DNA of 63,349 nt, counting the filler, from Choristocarpus tenellus KU-1152 (lineage: Eukaryota; Protista; Phaeophyceae), in assembly GCA_964200185.2 (NCBI GenBank). It is 10 parts of 10 records of this genome, joined end to end, with 100 filler letters (N's around TTAATTAATTAA, not from the genome) between each part and the next. Parts side by side here need not be neighbours in the genome. Positions count along the whole stretch, not along the records: positions 5,769 to 16,551 come from CAXNAD020002711.1; positions 16,652 to 19,991 come from CAXNAD020020703.1; positions 20,092 to 24,642 come from CAXNAD020014036.1; 7 more parts are not named here. The stretch is one strand, 5' to 3'. Below the pieces are notes generated by a model that did no database searches, was not told the DNA's origin, and saw nothing but the letters and a program-made list of their open reading frames with translations. Both the position numbers and the translations under genes were made by a program. Below are positions 12,065 through 22,218 of the stretch, one piece after another (position 1 is the stretch's first letter; each line of letters begins with the position of its first letter).

Positions 12065-13324
12065 ATGTCTGCTAAACACCTTAGGATCGATATGGGGAGT
12101 GGGAGTCCATTGAATCACCATGAAGATGTTATCAAGCACCTGATGTCGTTCGCCCCAGCAAATGAGTACATATTCTCCTCTACAGTGTCCAAATCCTGGC
12201 GTGTTTGTACGGGTGAATTGGATAAGCAGGCAAGAAAAACTTATCTGAGTTCGGCCACCCTGTCAGCATCTCGACTTGAATGGGCGAAGGCTTGTGGATG
12301 CCCATGGAATGAGAACACGTGCTCCACTGCCGCCAAGGTGGGCGCTGTAGAAACTCTCCAGTATGCCCGAGAAATGGGTTGCCCTTGGGACAAGTCGACG
12401 TGTGAGGCAGCTGCTCGACATGGGCATCTGGATGTTTTAATATGGGCAAAGTCCAATGGCTGCCCTTGGGATGAAAAGACCTGCTCAGAGGCTGCGCGAG
12501 GGGGGCACCTAGATGTCTTGCAGTGGGCCAGGGCTCAAAACTGTCCATGGAATGAGTGGACATGCAGTGATGCAGCTCTAGGAGGGCATCTTGATACCCT
12601 GGTGTGGGCACGTGACAATGGATGTCCATGGGATGAATACACCTGTGCCCATGCCACAATTCGGGGGGGTCTCAATGTCTTGCAGTGGGCCAGAGCTCAT
12701 AACTGTCCGTGGGATGAAGATACCTGCCATTATGCGGCGGGAGGGGGTCATCTTGACATCCTGCAGTGGGCCAGGGGTAACAACTGCCCTTGGGACGAAG
12801 AGACATGCAACTTAGCGGCGGTGAGTGGGTATCTAGACGTGTTGCAGTGGGCCAGAGCTAATAATTGTCCTTGGGAAGAGGAAACATGTGCTTCTGCAGC
12901 TAGGGAGGGTCATTTAGACGTCTTGCAATGGGCGAGGGCGAACGGGTGTCCTTGGGATGAGACAACTTGCGCCAGTGCTGCTCTTGGTGGGCACTTGGAC
13001 GTGTTGAGGTGGGCACATGCCAACGGTTGCCCATGGGATAAGATGACCTGCAGCAACGCTGCGAGTGGCGGGCATCTGGAAGTCTTGCGGTGGGCAAGGT
13101 CCGCAGGTTGCCCTTGGGATGAAGAAACCTGCACATACGCGTCAAGGGGGGGGTACTTGGAAATTTTGCAGTGGGCCAGGATCAACGGCTGTCCTTGGGA
13201 CGAGGAGACCTGTGAATACGCCGTGATCATGGGGCACCACGATATCGTGGACTGGGCAAGGTCGCAGGGGTGTCCCGAATTCTCGATAAGGGGACAAAAC
13301 GATGCTCGTCCTACTGCTGTGTAG
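12065..13324 (+). CDS. Intronless protein with N-terminal F-box-like segment and 12 x 27-aa ankyrin-like (GCPWD-type) repeats, 419 aa from the first ATG
   Basis: Longest ORF in the window, uninterrupted, first ATG at 12065. Twelve copies of CPWDExTCxxAAxxGHLxVLQWARxNG (81-bp period). The N-terminal EDVIKHLMSFAPANEYIFSSTVSKSWR resembles an F-box. Confidence 0.92.
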   Translation: MSAKHLRIDMGSGSPLNHHEDVIKHLMSFAPANEYIFSSTVSKSWRVCTGELDKQARKTYLSSATLSASRLEWAKACGCPWNENTCSTAAKVGAVETLQYAREMGCPWDKSTCEAAARHGHLDVLIWAKSNGCPWDEKTCSEAARGGHLDVLQWARAQNCPWNEWTCSDAALGGHLDTLVWARDNGCPWDEYTCAHATIRGGLNVLQWARAHNCPWDEDTCHYAAGGGHLDILQWARGNNCPWDEETCNLAAVSGYLDVLQWARANNCPWEEETCASAAREGHLDVLQWARANGCPWDETTCASAALGGHLDVLRWAHANGCPWDKMTCSNAASGGHLEVLRWARSAGCPWDEETCTYASRGGYLEILQWARINGCPWDEETCEYAVIMGHHDIVDWARSQGCPEFSIRGQNDARPTAV

Positions 13325-16322
13325 GTTGATGTGGGTGTACTACTTACCTGTTTCCTGTAGTCTCTGATGTCAATTTGGCTGGCAGGAGGGTTTCATAGAT
13401 GTTCCCTTGTCTTATATGTGTTCCATTGTCATGTATATGGTAAGTTATTTGTGGTTGCAGGATTGCCTTATCATCACCGTGATAATCACTGTCGTCGGCA
13501 AAGAGCACATTAGTGTTGTGTTATAGGTGTGCTTGTTGAGTGTCCATGAGTATGTGCAGTTGCTTCAAACGTCCCAACCACAAGGGCTCCGAAGTTTGTT
13601 TATGAGTCCCATTATGTATGGCTGCATGCTTGCCACATCATCTTACCACAAACCTTACCTTTTGACCCAGTGAATTAGGTCAATGCATTATGCTAGGTGT
13701 GCTGGTTGAGTGTGTACGCCAGGTGCAGCTGCTTCCACCAATCGTTTTGGTGGTTGCTGGTGGTCCCAGAAGTCCTTGCAAAGAGACACAAGGCACTGTT
13801 GTATTTTTGTCTAGGTATTATTACTAGCCTTCCTTTCTTGATTGTCTCAATGGTGTAGGTATTAGAGCTATACCTTTAGAAATAGTACGCCGTATTACTA
13901 CTTGTTATGCTGTCGTTGGTGGAGGCTTTGTTTTTTTAAATATCAAGAGTACTGTTGTTGTGTAGAATACACAAATCATTTTATTGAGGAAGAGGATGTC
14001 CTTGGGGAGCCTGAAGGTATCTTGTTTCATAGTTCGTTCTGTCCATTTAAAAAATCTCAGTCGTCTTGAGGTATTCATTTACAGATTAGTGGTCGTGCAT
14101 GGTGGCAGGTTGTATGGGGCACCTGCGGGCAGAATAATAGTTTTGCTAATTTTTTTGGTTGTTGCAGATTTACCCCTTTTCTTTTTGCTGTAGAAGAGCA
14201 CACAGCCAGGTGACTCAACAGTCTCTGGTTAGGATGAGCCCACAGCATTCATCACAATACAGAACACATGCAATTTTAGTTTCATTATGGGTTTTCTTGA
14301 TGCAATAAATATAATACAAAAACTTTAAGTAACCAGGGGTGCAAGATATACTGAAAAGAATCATGGGCTTACCACTCAGTGTATTCAACTTCAACAAGAA
14401 GAGTGTATTCCCGGTTCACATTTTCAGTGAACAAGAAGAGTGTATTTTCATGGAAATTTACATGCATTCCTCATTCCTACAGACTTAAGTGGTTCTCCCA
14501 AGGCGCTACAGCAGGGCCCAGACACATCATGGTCCTGTCAAGATGATCCTGCACCTTTTACTCCTGTGCCTGTTTTTTGAAAGCTGCCCAAAAATATCCG
14601 ACTCTTTCTGCAAGAAGAGTGATCATAAACGTCTGCTTCGATGCTATTGAATTTTCAGGTTGCATCGACTGACTGTTGTCTTGTGTTTTGCGACAAGTTT
14701 TTTTTCATTATTTTTAAGCACTGGCTAGTCTATCTGCCAAAAAAGATACGTAAAAAAGCAGGGAGGTGTGTACTTCAAGAGATGGGGAAATTCCTCAAGA
14801 TATGATGTAAGGTTCAACTGACTGTTGACACCATGTCAGTCGAATTTAACAGTTTTTTTTTGCCTGGTATTTTTGCTGCTCCACCTGTTGCATCAACATG
14901 AACCCCCTTTTTCTAATTTTAACACCATTCAGAACACAATGAAGGAGTGGGTGTAACAATCAGTCTCCGATGCTAATTTTCCCTCATAATTTTAGTGAGT
15001 GTGACACACTGTCACTCTTTTGCTAAATGTGTTGAGTTACCCACACATGTTAATGGCTTACATGGGTTGAACATTTTGTTAAATAATCGTTTCGCATGAT
15101 ATGATGTGATATGATGTGATATGATGTCATAGATGTGTATATATATACAGTATATCGCATTGTCAGAAGGTGAGATAACTGAACAGAAGACCTCCGGTAT
15201 GTTTTTAGGTTCGTTTTTTGTAACTGTGGTGATGGGGTCTAAGTAGAAAAGAGTTACCCAATTATTGGAGGGATGAAGTCGTATTTTGTAGAAAGAGGTG
15301 TCAATATATATCATAACAAGTGAACGTTTGTTCGCCAATCAGGTTATATGAACTACTGTATGGAAGGTGTCTCCGTTTTCACCTTTACTAAGGTTATACT
15401 TGATGGATTGCTGGCATTGACATGTCTAACTGTATCTGCTCTTCATGAGGAACCCAATGGTGGCATTCCCCCACCCTGATTCATCCTGTGGGAGGATGTC
15501 ATTTTAGTCAGTGTACATATTGTCACAGTTGGTTGCAGTGTATTTTACATCCAAATGGGTACCTTGTCACTGTTGTTCAGAATTGTTTTTGTCATTATTA
15601 ACGGTTCCATGTGGTGGGAAAATGTGTCAATTTTTATTTTATTTTATTTGAGAGGGTGGCCGCCGTAGAATGATAATAAAAAAAATGTAGTTCCATCATC
15701 GCTTGTGGTTGTATATGGCAATTTAACCATCTTTTTGTGGGTTAGTTAGGTGTTAGTTAGACATTAGACGTTCATTGGATTGCGTTACTATTGGTCTGAG
15801 ACAAAACTGTCAAAAGGGTGTGTAACAGTGGAGCAATTACGTGGGATTTTTTTTTTGTGGTGTCCATATTTTTCTTTTTTTGATACTATTGATTTTGATA
15901 CATATATATATTTTATGACATCCTGTTACATCAAATCAGTTGAAGACAACTTGTCATATCCATTGTATGCTTGCTATGTATATATGCCTGCTTGGGGGTT
16001 GCTAAAAAAAAAATGTAACTGTGCATGCTACAAAGGGAAGAATGTTGTGCCTACCTAGCCACTCTTTTGGGGTTTTGGTGTTGTTAGTCTTTGGCACATC
16101 AGTCTGGAATAGATCTAGAGAGAGTTTATGCCTGATGAGTATTGCTCCCTTTTGTCCTTGTGTAAAGAAATGGAGGGTGCAATGTGAGAGACTTTCTTGT
16201 ATATACCTTCCTAACCCTAACCCTAGCTCTAATCCTGGTACAGTACCAACAAGCAGGTACAATTGAGGAAGGACTTTTCCACCTTAAAACATTCTCTTGA
16301 ATGATGGTCAGTTTAGCACACT

Positions 16323-16510
16323 GGTTCAAAGTATCTGGGGGGGGTGGTGGTGGCGGTCCATTTGGGACCCATTTTCCCATGTCACAATTTTTGTGTGATT
16401 TGGTTACATGGGTTGGATGGACAATGTAAGTGAACCTTTCTTGGTCAGGGCCCAAATGGACACCCTGGTGTAGACGTCCCCCCCCCCCCCCCCCCCCCAC
16501 AAATATAGTC
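16323..16510. mobile_element. MITE family B, near full length
   Basis: GGTTCAAAGTATCTGGGG...CCAAATGGACACCCTGGTGTAGAC followed by poly-C; colinear with 53466-53637. Confidence 0.8.
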
Positions 16511-16757
16511 AATTATGCTTTTATTAAAATAAAAAAAATAATAATTATTTTNNNNNNNNNNNNNNNNNNNNNNNNNNNNNNNNNNNNNNNNNNNNTTAAT
16601 TAATTAANNNNNNNNNNNNNNNNNNNNNNNNNNNNNNNNNNNNNNNNNNNNCCCCCCCCCAGGTACCCTGAGTGTTGTGGTGTTGTATATCGCCCCTCTT
16701 ATGCAGATGATGGTTCCTATGAAACTCCTGCTTCTCCCTCAAGGCTATCTTTACCAG

Positions 16758-18288
16758 ACCATGTCTTAAGACTGGAACATGTGCACGGGTATCACAACCA
16801 TGGCTTCTACCCTGCAACAGACACAAATGTGTTTTATCTTGGATGCAATCAAGGGGTCAGAGCTTCAGCTACACATTTTCCTAATGGCAGGGGCCAAGGT
16901 AGCGGGCTGTGTGAAGGTAGCAAAAACGGTTTTGATATTGTTTATCCAGCTGCAGCCCTTGTAGTCATTCACCATTTCAATACCATTGGTGGACAGGATG
17001 ATGTGGTGGGGGTGCATGAGAAGAATGGTGGTGAGTTTGCAGGCACTGATGGTATGAATCAACAACTGAGAAACTTGGAAGCAAGTGTACAGCATTTCTT
17101 CAGTGGGCACAATGATGATGTCACAGCACTGGCTGTGCACCCAGGAGGCTCTATTGTTGCCTCTGGACAGGTCAGATTTAGCGACCTCAAGCACTTCGCA
17201 TGATTCTTGTGATAGCTGAGGCAACTGAGAATGAAACCCCTGGTCTACAGAATGAATCCCTGTAATTCATATGACTACCTTCAATCACCCTGTAGTTGTT
17301 GTCTGCTCCCAAGCATTGTATCCTTTCTCACCTAGAAAGTAGCACTATTTTCTCAATGTGCAGACCATATGCACCTTGCAGGAGAGTTGCACATAATTTG
17401 ACCAAAGATTCTGGCACTATAGACATACCTACTATGTCGTAGCAGGTGGGAAAGGACCCTCTAGTGCTGGTTTGGGACAGCTCTATAACGAGCAGGGAAG
17501 ATGATGGGGATCCAGTCGATGAGACTGGTAGAAGGACAGGCCGAAGAGAGTATCTCTCTGTCAAAGACTGTCTCTTAGCTACACTTGGGGGACATCAAAA
17601 GAAGGTATAAACACTCCTCAGGCGATGATAAAGCAGTAAAAATCTTAAAACTTATTTCAGTTTATATACTGATACATACATAGATACATATATGTAAGCT
17701 TATTTCAGTGTATCTACTGATACATACATATATACATAGACACATAGATACATACATATATATATATATGTGTGTGTGTGTACACATGAAACAGCATGTG
17801 TCTGTACAGACCAATTGATTGAGCTCATTTCATGCCTCACTAAACACATGGCAAAATCTGCTCTAAATAAGACTGGGAAGTTTGCACATCATTATTGCCT
17901 TTCACACCAGTTAGATAGTCTACCTCTTGATCACTCGGGTTTCTTTTTGACACGAGAGACATTTGAATTCACTGAGTAAAATAAATAAAAGAAGGGTCAA
18001 ATTGAAATGAGCATGGTGGTTGTGACTAAACAAGAAATAAGACAAACACAGATTATTTGTAACAGTGTCAACCAAATAAGAAAAAAAAAGACAAATACTG
18101 CGTACATTGCACCATGTCAATAATAGGTCAGTGCCCTGGATTTCAGTCATGATGGGTGGCTCCTTTGTTCTGTTGAGGCGGACATCAAGAACACCGTTAG
18201 TGTGTGGGACTGGAAGAAGGAGGACTGCTTGGTGCGTGTGCCAGGAGGGAGCGGAAGGATAAACGCCTTCCACTTCAATCCTTTCCAG
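16758..18288 (+). CDS. EML (echinoderm microtubule-associated protein-like) HELP + WD40 protein, three internal exons, partial
   Basis: Exons 16758-17170, 17446-17604 and 18127-18288 have GT-AG borders and stay in frame: LRLEHVHGY (HELP motif)...IVYPAAALVVI...QHFFSGHNDDVTALAVHP...VASGQ|VGKDPLVLVWD...LGGHQKK|VSALDFSHDG...VSVWDWKK. Confidence 0.9.
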
Positions 18289-18806
18289 GTATAATAATAG
18301 TAATAATAATAACAAATACCCTAGCTGCAGGCTAAAACCCTTCAAAGAATAACACTAGTATGAATTGTAGTGACAATGGTTGTCTCAAAGATTAATTGTC
18401 GCTGACTGCAACTCTCTTGCTGGCAGCAATGCTTGCCTTCAAGTCTACCGTCACCGGGGATTAGACACAACAGCCCCTTGCTCTACCTAATTTTGAAATG
18501 AAATCCCTTATGCGTTGGAGTGGCAGCAGCATAATCTCATCCCCCCCCCCCCAAGCAACCAGACTGCTGCATACTCATTGTCACACCACCAACGTCACCC
18601 TTGGAAGAGGGGTGCAATCTTTGCAACGTATTCCTATTGCGAAAAATGGTGTGAAACAACTGCTATTGTTCTGACTGGGATCAAACAATTATTCTGAAAG
18701 ATATACACAATGCCTGGTCGACCCTTTTCTTCTCCTCCTCAAGAAATATTCTGGCTGCTGTAAGATGCGCCCCCTTCTCAATTGAGCAGTAGTTTGGGTA
18801 TACTAT

Positions 18807-18995
18807 GGGGTTAGTGTTTAGGGGTCAGTGTTCTGAATTAGGTGTAGTGGCATTGTCAGGGTCTAGTGTTAAGGTATAGTGTTAGGGTCAGTGTTAAGGG
18901 TCAGTGTTAAGATTCAGTTCTAGAGTCAGTGTTGGAGTTAGAGAGTTAGGGTTAGTGGTAGTGGTAGTGTCAAGACCAGGGTTAGGGTTAGGGTC
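18807..18995 (+). repeat. Degenerate telomere-like hexamer tract (TTAGGG/TTAGTG/TCAGTG variants)
   Basis: About 190 bp of hexamer variants ending in GGGTTAGGGTTAGGG. Confidence 0.75.
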
Positions 18996-20091
18996 AATAT
19001 TTATGAGTGGAGCAATCTGAAAAAGGGGGCCTATTTTGCCTCTCTTGAGTCTTGGGGCATTTCTTGAACCTTGTACAATATTCTCCATACCTGCGCCTGA
19101 GATGTTGTCAATTCCCATTAGTCGGGTGTGGCTGTAGACGAGAAGATTAGACGTGGACCCTTCACATTCGATCAAAAACACCTGTACCATGAGGCAGTCG
19201 AGGGAGGCTCCTTGAAGGGTAACAACAGGCTCCTTGAAGGGTAACAACAGGCTCCTCCCAGACGGCTTAAAATCTTGTATTACTCAATTCCGAATTGATT
19301 TTGTGTCAAGCCATACCTCGCATGTACTCCGTCCTGGGAACATTTGGTCCTGTTGATTGCATCTTGCCGCCAAGTCTGATCCAGACGATCAAAGGGGGAC
19401 ACATACGCCTTCAACAAAACAAACAAGAACTGGTGCGTCTATTACAGCGCCCCCCCCCCCAGAACTCACCTCCACAGGATGTGACGCAACTCCAATCCGA
19501 TGCCCTTAAAACGATGCTACCCGGGGGTTCACAGATGATGACCCCGTACGGTGTCAGTTGATGCTTAGCTCAGCCGATGTCTCGTTTTTTGCTCTATCAA
19601 AAGAGGGTAAGAATCGAAGAACTGAGTCGTGCGGTCAACGACTCAGCCTTTCACTAACGTCATTCGCCGTTTTTTTTACAGTCACAGAGTTAAATGACGC
19701 CTGCAAAATGTATGCGTTTCGGTTTCGAATCTTATTCTGCAATCTCCTATCAATTCAAAGTTCCTCTTATATGAATTGATTTTCTTACGAATGCACGATG
19801 CTCGCGCTATTCGCCTGTGACCCGAAGTATCTTAGAGCTGGGTGGGTCTCAATAGCCACTTTGATCTCAATGGGGCTTGTAAAATATCATGCATGACGCA
19901 TCATTTCTGTGGCCAAAGCACAGGTTACCCCCCCCCCCCCCCCCCCCGCCTGTGGGGGTGGAAGGAGGGACCCCCGGAGGGAAAATGCCCCNNNNNNNNN
20001 NNNNNNNNNNNNNNNNNNNNNNNNNNNNNNNNNNNTTAATTAATTAANNNNNNNNNNNNNNNNNNNNNNNNNNNNNNNNNNNNNNNNNNNN

Positions 20092-20306
20092 ACCTTCTAA
20101 GATACTGCAATTTTTTTTTTTTTTTTGCTATTGTGTGTGTTAGGAAGTGTCAATGTCGATGTTCTGGACACACCTTTTAATAACATACACATTTTACCCA
20201 CTCCGAAACATTTTGGCGAAGGAAAATACAATAAAACGTCCATGTGAAGTCAAGCCCCAAATGGACAAACAGGGCAAAACTCGTACCTTCTAAGATACTT
20301 TCACTC
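20092..20306. mobile_element. MITE family A, partial
   Basis: The interior GTTCTGGACACACCTTTT...CCGAAACATTTTGG...CCCCAAATGGACAAA and the end TAAGATACTTTCACTC match 7416-7673. Confidence 0.82.
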
Positions 20307-22218
20307 TGGATTCAACACAAATTCTGTAACAGGAGGAACAACAAGTAATGGGATGGCTGAACCCAATATATAGGAAGAAAGACACGAGTAGGGGCAGTGC
20401 AGCAATTAGTTGCAGTAGTAGGTACTATTAGTAAGGTGCTGTGCTTGTGTGTGCACACTTGGTTTATGATGAGCGTCTCATAACCTCCTGGTGGTATTGC
20501 TTGTTGAGGTGCAGCATTGGTCGCAGACAACAACAACTGAAGAAGTGAGGAGCAACAGAGTCTGAGCTTATGCTACATCTGACATGGTTACTGTAAGCAT
20601 ACTCTGTACCTCCTGGCACTGGATGCGGTGTGCAACATTGTAAGAGGACATACTTGCATTTCGGTTTGAGATAATGGAGAGTGAACAGAGTTACGAAAGG
20701 GAGATATATACAGATACATATATACAGTTCGAATAAGAAATACTGAAATAGTATAGTGTAAGAAAGTACGCAATTATCGAAGGTGATTAGGGATGAGGAT
20801 AAGTCAGAGTAGATAACAACTATTATCATGGTAATTGAGTATCCATTTTCTCTATTTTACAGTTTTGAGTTTGACTATTGGTTATTGGTTGGGATTTAAC
20901 GCTCATTATTGTAAAAAAAAGAAGAAAAATAGCCTTTCTAAGTAGAGGTGGTTAGGACGGCGTGTGGTGGTGAACAGGTTGGGACTGGGCGGCACAGGTG
21001 AAGAGCACATTGTGGTGTGCCCCTCCGCCGTTTATTCGCTTGCCTGTATCTGCCAGATTTTGGATTGCGAAAAAAGAGCTGGAAGTAGCCATCAAGCAGG
21101 CGAGTCTTCGAAGGATCGGATTGGCAGTAGATTAGAATAGGGAAAGGCTTCAAGACAAAGTACACAGTAAGGCTGTGCTGCAAGTTGAATACATTTGCTT
21201 TAATTTAGTCACTTCGATTGACTTGTACTAGGTGGTTCTCTGCTTGCGACTGATATGATGCCCTATTATTTCTATGTCCAGTTGGGGCATTCGTAGTGCA
21301 TACAGACCTGGGTGTGATGGAGCACCATTCCATCCACCACGCTCGCCTATTGAGAATCACACGATTAAGAATGCATTGGCATGGGCAGGTATCAGGTAGT
21401 CTCAATGGTCCGAGTTATGTCAATTGGTGAATAGTATGCGCGGAAATCTGCTAGTCCTCTCAGCCCTCATCCTGCAACAACCTTTTGATGGCCGACTCCC
21501 GATATCCGGTTGTAATTTTATACTCATTCTAGATTATAGCACTGATTAAGCTCCCTCATATTAGATGTGGATGGTGGAAAGGGTAGACAGAGTGTATGGG
21601 TGACAGGTACACGTGGAAGGAAAAGCGAGACCATTTTAATGGTAGTAACCTCTACGGTGATTGTGAACTCTCTAGTGCGATGACGTCTTACGTTTCCTTC
21701 GGTCTTCATTCTATGACCTATACAATGGACCTTCTTCTAGTGTCTGATACCAGCATGTGCATCATGTGGTGTCCTGTTTACCTGCTTGTCGGGTTCGAGT
21801 CCGAAGCACCAGCCCAAATTGCGTTGCTTTACTTGGTCAGGATTAAGCCCTTTTGAGTTGAGATACACGGTCGTAGCATTAAGCGTATTTGCTTGACTCC
21901 TATTCGAAAGGGAATTTTGACAGGACTTCCCTTTCCTGTTTAGGTCATGTTTGTATTTTTAATCGTTGCGAGTTGGTTGTGTAGTAGAATTGTGGACACC
22001 TCTATACTGTTTTCAGTCCCCGTTCACACATGCTTTAGAGAACTGGTTAGTCGAAACACTGTTAACATCGCATTGTGAAGACTTCTTCTCACTCAGGGCT
22101 TCCCCACCTGAAATGACGTTTTCTTCCTCTCCAGTAGCCATCACCCAGTTCATCCAAATCCTCTCTCAACCTCTCCCCAACCCCACCCTCCTTACCTTAC
22201 CATCGCTCCTTCTTCAGG

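Noticed and set aside
12180-13230. Antisense and alternative-frame ORFs over the ankyrin gene
   Set aside because: These are shadows of the 81-bp repeat and its codon usage, with no independent motifs.
14525-14620. SNF2 helicase motif III-like RCRIILTGP on the minus strand
   Set aside because: Isolated short match bounded by stops, with no other helicase motif nearby.
5769-16551. Intact endogenous giant virus, or a diversity-generating retroelement acting on the ankyrin gene
   Set aside because: No viral core gene, integrase or reverse transcriptase is visible, gene density is low, and there is no second template copy of the repeats.
16552-16651. ORFs ending in X...LIN and the recurring TTAATTAATTAA palindrome as a biological motif
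   Set aside because: Artificial assembly linker.
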